Assembly: GCA_951406725.2 (NCBI GenBank)
Contig: OX597820.1
Coordinates: forward strand, 121,272,001-121,336,000
Length of the DNA: 64,000 nucleotides
Reading direction: 5' to 3'
Origin: Octopus vulgaris
Taxonomy: Eukaryota
Each line of letters starts with the position of its first letter. The stretch's first letter is position 1. Both the position numbers and the translations under genes were made by a program. Positions 12,164 through 28,190 of the stretch are shown in pieces. Under the pieces are notes generated by a model that had not been told where the DNA came from, made no database searches, and was given only the letters and a program-made list of their open reading frames with translations.

Positions 12164-13077
12164 AAAAGAAGAAACACCCGTTTGATAGTCTAGTTGTCTG
12201 GATTGCTCAAACTGAAAGCCATTGTATTTTTTATATTTTAGCTTTCTTCATACTTACCTATGTTTAATACTTAATTTCATATGCGATAGAAATATTTTAA
12301 AGCTTACAATTGCTGTGCAGCAAATTTCTAGATTCAATTAACGAAGAGTATCGTCACCCCTGCAGCCTTAATTTTCCTGCTAATCAACTCTGTTCACAGG
12401 CAACACTGTTTCATAGATTTTAAAACAAATTTATCATAATATCCAAGATGCACACACAAACAGAGGCGAGCGCGCGCACATACACAGTCACACGCGCACC
12501 CCCATCCCCCCCACACACACACATGTAATTTATTTAAATTTAAATTTCCAATAAATTTTTATCATGATCAATATTAAGAATATAGTAGGTAGCTTCCGCT
12601 AAAAATAAAAGCAATGTAACAGTAATTAAGTTAAAGCAAATGAATTGACCGACAAGAAGGACAAAAGATGACCAGTTTGGGTCTTCTTAAAGATCAAATA
12701 CGCATAAAAAATAAAGATGATTTGGCGAAAACAATAGGACAGCAAATGAGACGTTAATGAATAAGATTAATGTTAAACAGACAAAAACAAAGCCACAACA
12801 GTAAGATCACAAAGCATGAGAATAGATTACGTAAGGCATAATTAATGGTAAAACGAAGAACTAATAGAAGTTAATAACAATATAATTAAATAATACAAAG
12901 AGATTAAAACATAAAGTTGTATGTATAAAGGTAAGTAAATTATCACAGTTTTTTGCTCTGAATGGAAAAAACGTCGATTTTTGTAATCAAAGAGAATAAT
13001 TTCTTTATTTAAAAACTCATTTCATATGCTAAATCACCCTGAAATTTAGTTACTTTCTGCCTTAATTTTTTTACTGA

Positions 13078-13600
13078 ACCAATTTTGATGAGGTCTTCGG
13101 AATTAGATTTCTCTCATTAAGATCTTTTATTTAAGCTGAAATAGAAAAGAAATCATTCAGAAATTACAGAAATATGATGGTCTAAATTCGAGATCAGGCA
13201 TTAATCTTATCCAAATTGGATCACATTTTGCCATATAACTATTTTTTCTACTTCGTCAACTTTGACGAAGTTTAAGTAATTAAATTTCTTTGATTGAACT
13301 CTTTCATTTAAGCTAAATTATAGTGAATTTTATTTTTAAATCACGGAGATATCTTGATTTAAAGACGAAACCAGTCGTTACTACCCTTCCAATTTGACCA
13401 CGTTTTTGCTGCTATTTTTTTCTCTCGTGGGCCAATTTTGATGTGGTTTTCAAAATTAGATTCTACTCATTAAGATTTTTCATTTACGATAAATTGTTAC
13501 AAAAATACTCAAGAAGTCGGGAAACTATACTGATTAGAATTTGCATGCAGGCGTTTCTCAACCATTTTTGCACGCAAATGTTTTATCGCAAAGCAGTTTA
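13078..13600. repeat. Highly diverged ~177-bp tandem repeat (about 3 units)
   Basis: CAA(T/C)TTTGA(T/C)G...AATTA(G/A)ATT...CATTTA recurs at ~13080, ~13257, ~13433. Confidence 0.55.
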
Positions 13601-13761
13601 CCTTTTTTTTTTATACGGCAACACTCTTTTTTTTTGCCATTATAATTCAAAATGTGGTGGAGTATTGGTCCGTTTCAATGATCTTAATCGCATTTGGTTT
13701 AGATGTGAATTAGTAAGGAAGCAAAAAGTAGTTGCAAACGAGTAAATATCGTTGATGAATG

Positions 13762-13800
<39 letters not shown>

Positions 13801-13807
<7 letters not shown>

Positions 13808-14060
13808 ATATGTTACATTATTCGATAGTCAAGATAAAACACTGAGTTTCAGATGCCGAAGTGGGAATCCATGACATCTCTTCGGTTATCTGGCTATTTG
13901 AAAACGCTATGAAAAAATACCGTTATACAAAGGGAAATTACTGTGTTATAACTCTGCTTGCCTGCGTACTTATACATCGCTCGCATTTTTCGCCATAAAA
14001 ATTATATAAAAATATATGAAAAAATATATAAAAATATACATATGTTATCTTACCGTTTTA

Positions 14061-14064
<4 letters not shown>
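13801..14064 (-). mobile_element. Short (TA)n-flanked element carrying a hammerhead-like motif (13832-13891)
   Basis: Minus: AGAUAA-CCGAAGA-GAUGUC..GGCAUC-U-GAAA-CUCAGU-GUU-UUAUCU; 6-bp stems I and II. Confidence 0.65.
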
Positions 14065-14104
<40 letters not shown>

Positions 14105-16284
14105 CACGTGTGTAGAGAGACAGAGAGATAGATAGATACATACATTCATACATAGACGGGGGCATAGATAAATAGACGTAAGGGCTAACAGATAAGATAT
14201 AAAGATGTGGTCGGCTGGCTGTTCTTTCCATATTTTCTGTGTAAGGGAGAAAAACAAACGACTTCCTAAATAAATAATTTTCCTTTGTGAATGAGAGGTT
14301 TACGCATTCAAATGCATTTAAAATTTCGTATTTCATCTGAATGGTTATTTTTAAGCAGGTTACTTCTGTGGATGGGTGCATCGTCTATACTATAATGGAG
14401 AAAGTTGCTTAGTAATTAGGTATGTAACAATTGCTAAAAGTACTAGAAGAAAGCAATTATTAAAGGGTTGACTGTCTGGAAATAGTTTTACAAATTCATG
14501 TTCTAAGAAACTTCCCATAATTTTGATTTCTCAATTTATTGAATTTTTTAAATTCCAATTTCTTGTAAATTTAAATATTCATTGCATTCACTGGGGAGTA
14601 TTCCATTTTCAGTTGCAAAGTCTCCCATTTTCTCTTTTAAGTTTTAATTCACTATTTGGAAAACCGACAGTTTATTCCATTAATGTATACGTAATGTAAA
14701 AGCATTATTTATCGAATGAAAGTTTAAAAAAATACCCGTGTAATTTTTGAACGCGGGATAGCTGTGAGGAGAGCCAAGAAAGTTGGGCAGGGACTGAAGT
14801 TGCAAAAATTGATAATTTCTCAAATTTTCTTTTTATAGCATATAAATGTATTTATGGGGGGAAAATATTGAAATACATCAATACATGTAAGAGTGATGAA
14901 CGAACGAGGGGTTTGTCGTTGGATGTACTAGAAACAACAGCCAAATCGACATTAAATCACTTATTTTCTTCTGAAAATATTAAGTTTTTTTCTTTTATCT
15001 TTTACCAAAAATGCTCTTCCCATGGTTTTGAGGTGCAAAAAAAAAATTGGCCAAAATAGGTCCTGTGTGGGATGAGGAAGGAGGGGATTGTAAAAAAAAA
15101 GAGTTTTCAAAACATTTTTCATGCAAAGATGCAGCCCTACCTCATCATTTCGAAGGCTTTGGCTTAAAATAAATGGAGAAATTCCCCGAAAAAACTTTCC
15201 CCACAGATTTCTTTATAATCGTAATCTATGCCGTTTGAAAGGGATTTCTATAAATTTCCATCAACAGATACTCATCTTCCTGAAAGTTATGAGGGAAAAA
15301 GTTAGATATGTGAATTTTCCAAAACTCCTCTGCACCCTCTCCACAACATTCTTTCAAATGAATCCTTATATAATCTGAGGCCACATCATCTAAGGGATAT
15401 TTGTAGAAAATTTTGTTAAAAAGTATCCATTTTTCTGGATGTTATGAGGCAACAAAGTCAGGGAGATATACATCTGTAGTAATGCCTTTTTACTTATACG
15501 ACTTTTTCATTTCATGTTTCTTTCATTTATTGTTTGCAATGTTCTTCCCTCCCTCTCCCTCTCACACACATACACACTGCAAAGCTTATGGATGGGCTGC
15601 TGAACTGAAATCACTATGTTGCTTTGAGGGGAAGGTAAGACTTGACAAATTGCTACTCCCTCTGTTGTTGGACTACCGTGATGTTTGTTTAAAGAAGAGA
15701 GATTATGACTGCGATAAAATAATCAAAGCTATATTTACTAAGCAAGTTAGCACTATTATACAAAGAAATAAGTAGACGTGAAATATGAAATTAATAGAAC
15801 TGGGAATCAAATATGAAAGTATTAACAAGTGGCTAGCAGAATGCTGCCTGGAGGGCAGTCTTTCTGCTAGTCAATATAATGCAAATAGGAAACTAATATT
15901 TTTGTCACTTACATTCAGAATGTGGTAGGGAAAGGACGAGTATGGGAGATAATGAAGATAAATGGCTTGAACCCTGCCTATTTTGTATGGACAGAGTGAC
16001 AGGCAAACTAGCAGAAAGCGTTAAAAATATTTAAACATGTATAAGTCTGCATTTTGGAAATAAAATTGATTTCGTATAGATGTACTTGAAGAGTTGGTCA
16101 CATCTCTAATTATATATATTGGTTGTTTGTTTCGTTATGATTATGGTTGTAGATTAAATGATAAACTTCATGATGGAGTTTGTCAACAATTCAAAATATT
16201 AAGTTTTAAGTTACAATGAAGATTAACACCAGGAAATGTCATAGAGCGTCTTCAGCCACGTAGGTTGGATATCTCTGAGCAACT

Positions 16285-16572
16285 TTCTTCTTCTTCTTCT
16301 TCTTCTTCTTCTTCTTCTTCTTCTTCGTCTTCTTCTTCTTCTTCTTCTTCTTCTTCTTCTTCTTCTTCTTCTTCTTCTTCTTTTTCCTCTTCTTCTTCTT
16401 CTTCTTCTTCTTCTTCTTCTTCGTTATCTCTTCTTCTTCTTCTTCTTCTTCTTCTTCGTTATCTTCTTCTTCTTCTTCTTCTTCTTCTTCTTCTTCTTCT
16501 TCTTCGTCTTCTTCTTCGTCTTCTTCGTCTTCTTCTTTTTCTTCTTCGTTATGTTCTTCTTCTTCTTCTTCT

Positions 16573-16604
<32 letters not shown>

Positions 16605-17127
16605 GTCTTTTTCCTCTTCTTCTTATTTCTTATCTTCTTCTTCTTCTTCTTCTACTTCCTCTTCTTCGTCTTTTTCCTCTTCTTCTTCGTCTTCTTCTTC
16701 TTCTTCTTCTTCTTCTTCTTCTTCTTCTTCTTCGTCTTCTTCTTCTTCTTCTTCTTCTTCTTCTTCTTCTTCTTCTTCGTCTTCTTCTTATTATTCTTCT
16801 TCTTCGTCTTCTTCTTCTTCTTCTTCTTCTTCTTCTTCTTCTTCTTCTTCTTCTTCTTCTTCTTCTTCTTCTTCTTCTCCTTCTTCGTCTTCTTCGTCTT
16901 CTTCTTCTTCTTCGTCTTCTTCTTCGTCTTTTTCTTCTTCTTCTTCTTCTTCTTCTTCTTCTTCGTCTTCTTCTTCTTCGTCTTCTTCTTCGTCTTTTTC
17001 TTCTTCTTCTTCGTCTTCTTCTTCTTCTTCGTCTTCTTCTTCTTCTACTTCTTCTTCGTCTTCTTCTTCTTCTTCTTCTTCTTCTTCTTTCTTCTTCTTC
17101 TTCGTCTTCTTCTTCTTCGTTTTCATC

Positions 17128-17159
<32 letters not shown>

Positions 17160-17195
17160 CTTCTTCTTCTTCTTCTTCTTCTTCTTCTTCTTCTC
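16285..17195. repeat. ~0.9-kb (CTT/GAA)n array with CGT interruptions
   Basis: Direct reading. Confidence 0.97.
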
Positions 17196-19440
17196 CTCCT
17201 CCTCCCCCTCCCTTCACCCCCACCTCGTGCTGCTGCTGCGTCATACAGCGGTTCTAAGTTTTTCATTTTCTTCTGATTGCTATGAAAGACTCATTCCATG
17301 TTTCGACCATTATCTCACAAGAACGCTGGCTTTTTTTTTTTTACAATTTCCTTCATGTCTCACTACTACAATACTCATCGATCCTTTCAACAAGAAATCT
17401 CCATCCTTCAAACTCGAACCCACACCTCCCATACCACTTTCCCCTGACCAATTCCTTTTCTTGAAAGAAAAGAGACGTAATGCTTGAACCGTCATCACAA
17501 CACCACCTACTGTTTGCGGGATTTCTGAGCTCTCCACTCTGCCATACGCATCCTGACCACATCTATGGTTGGAGTCGAACATTTCAGCGATGAGCATTTA
17601 TTTTTCTGTTGGAACCAATGAATAAAGTTTCGTTCCTTCCACTCTTCAACCGGTCGCGGTGACCTTTCAAAATTCACCAGCGCCATCCTACCTTCTTCTG
17701 TTAGAGAATATAAATAAAAGACTCTCGAGTAATTTCTGCGTCCAATCTTGGTTCGGTGTCTCTTCTTTAGTTCACTCGATATCTTTATTATAAAGGTACC
17801 AACCTATAAATGCCGGGACTGAACATTCAGCTCACCAGTCAAGTAGGGCGTGAAATGATGAAAGGTGACGCCCGCTCGATTCTGACTGTCTTTTAAATAA
17901 TAAAAAAGGAAAAATGGTGCAATAATTTGTTGGGTAACTCTATTAATAATCGGGCATCTCATTCTCTTTCCATTCAAAAAGTAAAAACATTTGAACAACA
18001 CTCCCAACTCTTCCGCTAATTACGGACCCATCATAAATTGGTGAAGTATTAACGATGGAATCACTTGCTGCAACCGATATATATTTCTGTACGTTTGCTT
18101 CGTGAATTAAGAAATAAATATTATTGGATACTCAACTTGCAGCAGTTATATCATAGCCGCTTCTTATTTCTATATTTGTCTTAGATTTCGATGATAATTT
18201 TAGAAGATTCGACCTTAATTGACAGTTACGATGCCAAAGCTTGACAGGAAACCATTAGATCCAATAGCAATAAAAGCTGAAAGCCAGAAACATTGCATTC
18301 GCGTTGTAGCAATGTTATTAGCCTCTTCGTATGACACAAACGTAAAGTGTCGAAAATGTTTTGGCTTGATAAACGCAGTTAATATTTTTTAAGTATTTTA
18401 AATTTCTCTCTGTGTGACGTTGAGGTAAAATGTCTACCATTCTGCCTAATGGTAGTGGTGGAGGTGGTGGTCACTTTTGGAGACGTTGGATTATTGAAAG
18501 CTAATAAAGATGTTTTTAAGGTCGAAAGATATAATTGAATTGGCCGTTTCTTGTTGTCTGCTTCGTGTTTCGTTTCGTCTCCTAACGCAAATATAGATTT
18601 TCAATCTTTTCAAATATCTTTGAAGAGGAACTAAAGTGCTTTTTCGAAATTTTTTTCCCCATTATTCTTCGATGATAAGCTATTTTCCTTTGCATTTAAT
18701 ATTTGTGTGTTTGTAAAATTGAATTCCACTTGTGTTGATTCTGTTATAAATGTCAGAACGGTGAATAAACCTTACCAGTTTTCTGAACTAAAATTACATC
18801 GATGCCAACTTTGCTCAACGGCCATCGAGATCGATAAAACCAGTTGAGTATTGTAGTGGAATAAAACCTGCTGATCTTTCTTCCAAATTGTGAGGCCTAG
18901 TCCAGATGTTGTGTGTCAAATAAATTATGCTAATTAGATAGGTAAACTAGCAACGACCTTAATGAGCATGGCTAAACGTATTTCAACGGTATATTTTCTA
19001 ATTTTAAACATTCATCCGAAATTTGCTTAATTGTTCACTCATTCAGAACTGTTGCGCTGTTGTTATTCAATTCCCTTCAATGACGTTCCTGTCGTGGCTA
19101 CCACGTCTTATTTTGACAACAGCCTTTTTTTTTATTTTCTATTACTTTAGACTGGAAGAGTGATATTCGTATGAAGTTGATAACTCTTCCTTGCACATAA
19201 AGGGAGCCTCAAGCGGATTCCTTTTGTACACGACCCATCCATGATTTCCCCCTTTTTATTTTACTCTTGCATTGTGTAAACGGTATTGTAGAGCTGATTG
19301 AATTCAAGATAATTTTCTCGCAGAATTCTGGCATTGTGCCAGTTTGAGAGAAATCGTTAATAATGGTAATTACCAAACTGTAAACCTTTTCTTCAGAGAA
19401 ACGCTTTCTTAAAATAGTGTGAACATATTCGCCTATTTTA

Positions 19441-19510
<70 letters not shown>

Positions 19511-19512
<2 letters not shown>

Positions 19513-20403
19513 AAGCAGAGAAAAAAGGAAAAGAAACGAAGAGGTACAAAAAGGGTATGAAAAAGAATTACGCAAGGAGCGACTACTCAATCGATACCAT
19601 GCAGCCACAACAGAAGTTGCTGTTGGAAAAATAGGTGGGATTAGGTAATGAAAGAAACCCTAAAACAAGAGGCTGAGGGCAATATACTGGCAGCGTAAGA
19701 CCAAGCTTTGGCCACGAGCTGAAGGGTCAACCTTCGGAATGATCAAGTGTCTCCGCTGTACCAAATCTGCAATAAAATGGATGAGACCATTGCCCATATC
19801 ACGAACGAATGCCCTGAACTTGCCCCAAACCACTACAAGTTGTGGCGACACGATTTGGTGGGGAAAGTGCTACACTGGAAACTATGAGAAAAGTGGGGGC
19901 TGAGCACAAACCGCAGAGAGTGGTGGAGTCGGAGTCTAGCAAAATCCTCTAGGTTTTCCCAATCCAAGCAGGTCAGGTGCTAGAGCATAACAGACCGGAT
20001 CTACCGGAGGTGGACAACGTTCACCACATGTGCTATATAGTTGATGTTTCGTGCCCCTTTGAATCCCTCGCAGAGTCAAGAAGGAAGGGGAAAAGATAGA
20101 TAGATACAACCCTCTTAAGTACGAAATAGCCCGGCTATGGAAGATGAAGAAAGTGAAGATAGTGCTAAATTATTGTTGGTTCCTTGGGAACAATAACAGA
20201 AGGTATCAAGGGGAATAAAAAGGAAAGTGGAATAGAGTGGCCAGTAGAACTGTTACAAAAGGTTTTCCTCCTTGGCACGGCCAGAATAATCAGGTAAGTA
20301 TTAGATAGCTGAAAAGAACGGATAGCATGGTACCGTAGGCTGCAGGTAGTAAACCCGCTTGGCATGAAAGAACTCCAGGATTTCCAGCAAAACCTGTGAT
20401 AAA
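19511..20403 (+). mobile_element. R4/Dong-like non-LTR retrotransposon 3' fragment (Zn knuckle + restriction-like endonuclease), pseudogenised
   Basis: Translation with stops: LKQEAEGNILAA*DQALAT..ICNKMDETIAHITNECPELA..WRHDLVGKVLHWKL..HNRPDL..IVDVSCPF..EKIDRY..IIVGSLGTI..LLGTARIIR; bounded by (TAA)n tracts. Confidence 0.85.
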
Positions 20404-20439
20404 GAGAAAATAATAGGAATAATAATAACAACAACAATA

Positions 20440-20765
20440 ATGCTCGTTTGATTCCAGGATCGTAAAGAAAGAGGAAGAAAAAACCCCCCAAAAAATCAAT
20501 CCCTTAAAATTTGAAATAGGAAGAATTTGGATCGTGCGAACAGTAAAGGTCGTGCCTATAATAATTGGTAAGCCAAGATATAGACAAATGGCTGAAGGAG
20601 ATTGCAACAGAATTCCCAGCAGAGCTCCTGCAGGAGATTAGTCTCTTCAGGACAGCAAGGATTATTAGGAGGTTTCTAAGCACTTGAAAGACTGCTGAAG
20701 ACTTTTGGATACGTAAGGTTACAGGTGGTAACCCGCTATCCAAATAAATCCTACCAGGAATAAAA
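20440..20765 (+). mobile_element. Second R4/Dong-like 3' fragment
   Basis: FDSRIVKKEEEK..LKFEIGRIW..VKVVPIIIG..ELLQEISLFRTARIIRRFL*, plus 3' UTR motif GTAAGGTTACAGGTGGTAACCCGC similar to fragment 1. Confidence 0.7.
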
Positions 20766-20769
20766 CCGA

Positions 20770-21233
20770 ACATGATCCAAGCACTACAAAGCCTCCACTG
20801 GAGGCTATGCGAAATGTACGGCCTGGACGGAGTACGGAAATGGCACGGACATGAACCATAAGGAATCACGGAGAACAAAGAATATAAGATGCTGTGGGAT
20901 GTTACAATCCAATGTAACTCCCTAGTCGAGGCTCAGAGACCAGCTATTGTTGTGGTAGATAAAGGGATAAAAGGAAGCCAGCATCATAGATATTGCAATA
21001 CCTTGGGATGCACGCATAAGGGAGAAAGAACTAGGAAAGATTCAAAAGTACGAACTACATTAGGCGCAGGAGTGGCTGTGTGGTAAGTAGCTTGCTAACC
21101 AACCACATGGTTCCGGGTTCAGTCCCACTGCGTGGTATCTTGGGCAAGTGTCTTCTGCTATAGCCCCAGGCCGATCAATGCATTGTGAGTGGATTTGGTA
21201 GACGGAAACTGAAAGAGGCCTGTCGTATATATG

Positions 21234-21284
<51 letters not shown>

Positions 21285-21650
21285 TTGTGTGTCTGTGTTT
21301 GTTACCCTAGCATTGCTTGACAACCGATGCTGGTGTGTTTACGTTCCCCTCACTTAGCGGTTCGGCAAAACATATCGATAGAATAAGTACTGGACTTACA
21401 AAGAATAAGTCCCGGGGTCGATTTGCTCGACTAAAGGCGGTGCTCCAGCCTGGCCGCAGTCAAATGACTGAAACAAGTAAAAGAGTAAAAGAGTAAAGAG
21501 TAATGTGGACTATGAGGAGGTTGTCTGTATTCCAGTAGTACTTAGAGTCACTCGGAAAACTAACAGCCAAGTTCGAGGAATATGTCAGAGAAATTGGAAT
21601 AGACATGAGAGCAGAGCAAATGTCAAAAAACTGCTCTGCTGGGGAGACGA
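20770..21650 (+). mobile_element. Third R4/Dong-like fragment, interrupted by a SINE A
   Basis: LHWRLCEMYG..MLWDVTIQCNSLVEAQRPAIVVVDK..IIDIAIPWDARIREKELGKIQKY [SINE] ..IPVV..LGKL..KTALLG. Confidence 0.75.
21063..21502 (+). mobile_element. SINE family A, full length
   Basis: Same sequence as 87-492. Confidence 0.92.
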
Positions 21651-21715
21651 AATACGGCTGAGCATTTCTCCCACCATGCTAATTATTCTGTCAGTTCATC
21701 GCCTTAATGATCATC

Positions 21716-21990
21716 CTCATCATCGTTCAACCGTGGTCGAGACAATGGAATTTACCATGCTACGCCAGACTTCACGGTCCATCATGGCATTACGGAGGTC
21801 CTGTTGCTGGATGCCTGTATCCCTGGAGATTACATCAGGGTAGGAGAGTGTGCGCCCTCTGGTATTGCGAGTAGATGGCTTCCAGAGGAGAAGAGTAGAA
21901 ATTACCTCTTTTTCAGCTCTAAAACAATGTCTAGCAAACTGGACTCTCTTACCTTTCACAAGAGATGACACAGGTGGTAGTTTCCCATAA
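21716..21990 (-). mobile_element. RTE-type LINE 3' end (5'-truncated)
   Basis: KRVQFARHCFR..LLLWKP..RGR..YPDVISRDTG..LRNAMMDREVWR, then stop and (GAT)n-like tail. Confidence 0.75.
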
Positions 21991-22424
21991 TGATGATTAT
22001 GATGATGATGATGATGATGATGATGCGATTAATAATAAAATCGTATTTAATGATATCCAGGGCACTTCTTGAGCAATTTAATGCGCTACGACATTGAACT
22101 TATGTGTCGCGTCTCGAAGTGTTTCATATGGTGAACGGTTGTAGAAAAGCTGGGTATTAAACCTTTTATTTCATTATAACGGATTATAGACTAATTCACG
22201 CTTGTTGGCTCTATTTCGAACGGAAATCGGAATTCTTGTTTCACGTTGTCATCTTTATTGTCCGTAATTCATTTGCCCTGAAGTCAGAGGACATGTCTAG
22301 GGATAAGGATGAAATCGTTCGATTATAGAAATGGTCTTGGAATTCTGTAGGATTAACAGCTTCGAGTAAACATCTAGTTTCTCTTGTTGATAGCCCTGCT
22401 GCTGTAGAGGTTGCTGTGTTGTTG

Positions 22425-22828
<404 letters not shown>

Positions 22829-23067
22829 ATTCCATTTATTTTTGCAGTTGAGCCGAGATGATGGTTAAGTGACCCACACTAGGCTCAAGAGCATTTTTGG
22901 AATGACTATTCAGCTTCTTCGTGGAATATGTTATCGAACGAACCTTTCTTTGTTAAAGGCTTTACTGCTTGAGTTCAGGCAAATTTGCCGGCCATTTCTG
23001 GTAGATGACACAACCATTCAGAGGCGTTTTTGTAGGAATGCAGTTTTTATTTTGTTTTATATATATA

Positions 23068-23484
23068 TACTCTTTACTCTTTTACTTGTTTCAGTCATTT
23101 GACTGCGGCCATGCTGGAGCACCGCCTTTAGTAGAGCAAATCGACCCCGGGACTTATTCTTTTGTAAGCCCAGTACTTATTCTATCGGTCTCTTTTGCCG
23201 AACCGCTAATTGACGGGGACGTAAACAGACAAGCATCGATTGTCAAGCAATGCTAGGGGGACAAACACAGACACACAGACACACACACACACATATACAT
23301 ATAAATAAATATACATATATACGACGGGCTTCTTTCAGTTTCCGTCTACCAAATCCACTCATAAGGCATTGGTCGGCCCGGGGCTATAGCAGAAGACACT
23401 TGACCAAGATGCCACGCAGTGGGACTGAACCCGGATCCATGTGGTTGGTTAGCAAGCTACTTACCACACAGCCACTCCCGCGCC
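23068..23484 (-). mobile_element. SINE family A, full length
   Basis: Reverse complement of family A; (TA)n flanks. Confidence 0.92.
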
Positions 23485-23756
23485 TATATAGTGTCATTTC
23501 TGAGTATGTGCAGACCATGCTGTAGAAAAGTGCATGCGTTACTATGGAGATGTGCACATGTCGCTGTGGCCATGTGCAAGTTATGTCCGTTAATGTCCAT
23601 AATGTGAATAGCGAGAGAATATGGTGTTGCAGATACATGAAGACCGTGGCGTGGAATTGTGCATTCAAGTTGAACGTACGGTTGGCACAGGAAATGTTAA
23701 ATCGTACAGACGTGACTGTGGAGATGAGCAAATTGTGAAGTGGCTTTGTGGAGTTG

Positions 23757-23826
<70 letters not shown>

Positions 23827-23837
23827 TAGATAGATAG

Positions 23838-24005
23838 TTAATCCAAACAAGAAAGCACAAAAAAACACAACAACGCGAGGACGTGGAACAAATATAGTAT
23901 TATTGGACGCTCAGGAACGAAGGAGGGGTTAACGTTTCGAGCGGAGCTCTTCGTCGGAAACATAGGAGAAGGAAAGATCCAGAAAAGGGAAGACAGAGGA
24001 AAAAT
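23838..24005 (-). mobile_element. Short microsatellite-flanked hammerhead element (HHR 23927-23961)
   Basis: Minus: GUUU-CCGACGA-A-GAGC-UCC-GCUC-GAAA-CGUU-AACC, followed by UUCCUGAGCGU as in the 48.3-kb and 50.2-kb elements. Confidence 0.75.
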
Positions 24006-24030
24006 ATATATATATATGTGCAGATATTCG

Positions 24031-24400
24031 CGGGCGCGACTGTTGCGTAAGAAGTTTGCTTACCAACCACATGGTTCCGGGTTCAGTCCCAATGCGTGGC
24101 ACCTTGGACAAGTGTCTTCTACTGTAGCCTCGGACCGACCAACGCCTTGTGAGTGGATTAGGTAGACGGGAACTGAAAGAAGCCCGCCGTATATGCAAAG
24201 CTACGTATATGTATGTGTGTGTCTTTATACCTGTGTTTGTCCCTCACCTCCGCTTGACAACCGGTGTTGGCGTATTTATGTTCCCGAATCTTAGTGGTTC
24301 TGCAAAATAGTGCGATAGAAAAAGTACCAGGCTTGCTATATATGCTGGGACCGATTGGCTCGACTAAAGTCCTTCAAAGCAGTTGCTCAGCCTAGTCACA
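24031..24400 (+). mobile_element. SINE family A, diverged
   Basis: ACCAACCACATGGTTCCGGGTTCAGTCCC...GCTTGACAACCGGTGTTGG. Confidence 0.8.
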
Positions 24401-24872
24401 ATCTTAGAGATGGAAGAAATATAAGATAAAAGATAAGGATGCGAACAGAAAGGGATAGATAGGAGTAGATTGCTTCATGAATGTGTAAAGTTGGTGCAAG
24501 GGGCATGAAAAATCCTGAAGGTTATATGTGCATACGATAACATCAATACGTTCAGGTGGTGTGGCTGATATGACCCAACGCATGTTTTCGAATTTTCGTC
24601 TTACGACAGTGAAAAGAAATTTACAACGGTTTCCTATCATTTTAAAGAATTCCTATGTATTTTAAGTGTGTGGTGTGTGTGCTTGGAAGTTGTCAGTGCG
24701 AAAGCGGGAGCGGGGGGGGGGTGAAACGAGCCAAGCTGGGCGGTGGGGTTATGGAAGAAACTGTAGAGCAGGAGGTCACGCAGGTTAAGGGCTCATTTGA
24801 AGGAGAGAAGGTGTAGGCTGGGAAATATGTGCGAGGTTGAGGGGTCGGACTGGAGTCGCCGGAAGCCTCGGA

Positions 24873-27130
<2,258 letters not shown>

Positions 27131-28005
27131 GTATATTTATATAAAACCCTCACACCCACACATATAAATGAATATTACTCTTATCCATATAATACATACA
27201 GGCACATATTTATTTTCCGTTGTTTGTATCTCCACCAATGATGGAGCCGGTATAAGAAATGGTAAAGTTTTTAAATTTTCTCCTGGTTTGAATTAATTTT
27301 TATTTGCGGTTGAAGCTTTGGCTGTTATTTCTAGTGGGTGAATGGCCTATTATGGCCGTTCCTTGATTGTTGATGTTGAACTTAAAAATGGTCTATGACT
27401 ATTTAATTTTTTCCCACTAGGCCGCTGGTGGCAAAGAATTCTACAAAATTTTTTTTGCCACCCTATATTGATTATATATATATATATATAATATACTCCC
27501 TGTTCGATGGTTGTTCCGTGTCGCTCACACAATGCAATTAACGTTGGTGTTTTGTGGTAGTATTTTAAGTCGCAAGTAAACCAACGAATCGACACGCGAA
27601 CGCAAACGCAAACGCAACCCCACACGTATGTTTATGATGAAGATGTTCATCACCGTATATAATATCCTTCTCGTGTTATGCTATTCTTGTTGTTCTCCAG
27701 AGATTCTCTATCGATTAAATTACGTAGCAGCTCTCACAAATAACTGCTTCAACTGCAACGAACAAGAAGACCTCTTTCAAATCATACATAAACTGTATCC
27801 TTTACAATAAGAAAGAAGCGTTGATACCTCTTGTCTGAAGAAAGAATATACTTAAAACGCTGTCTCCAAGTAACGCTTTCTTCAGGAATTTAGACTACTG
27901 TACGCGAAGACACCGTCTTCAACTGCACTGTTTCTACTGATTGGCCGTGTCTATGAGACACCGTACTCCTTTCAACTGCAATGTTAATATCTATAGATTG
28001 TATGT

Positions 28006-28190
28006 AAAGCGGTGCGAGCAAAATACTCAACGGTATTCCGTCTGTTTTTTAACATTCTGCGTTCAAATGCCGCTGGAGTCGAATTTTCCTTTCATCCTTT
28101 TGAGTTCGATAAAATAAGTACCAGTTAAGCACTTGGTCTGTGCAATCCACAAAACTGCTGGCCTTGTACTGAATTTTTAAACAATTATTT
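28006..28190 (+). mobile_element. SINE family B, diverged
   Basis: GTTCAAATGCCGCTGGAGTCGAATTTTCCTTTCATCCTTTTGAGTTCGATAAAATAAGTACCAG. Confidence 0.75.

Noticed and set aside
16265-17276. Poly-S/L/F/R/E ORFs
   Set aside because: (CTT)n translation
27830-27870. CTGAAGA-AAG..CTT-AAAAC hammerhead-like string
   Set aside because: Lacks G12, stem II only 3 bp, no stem I
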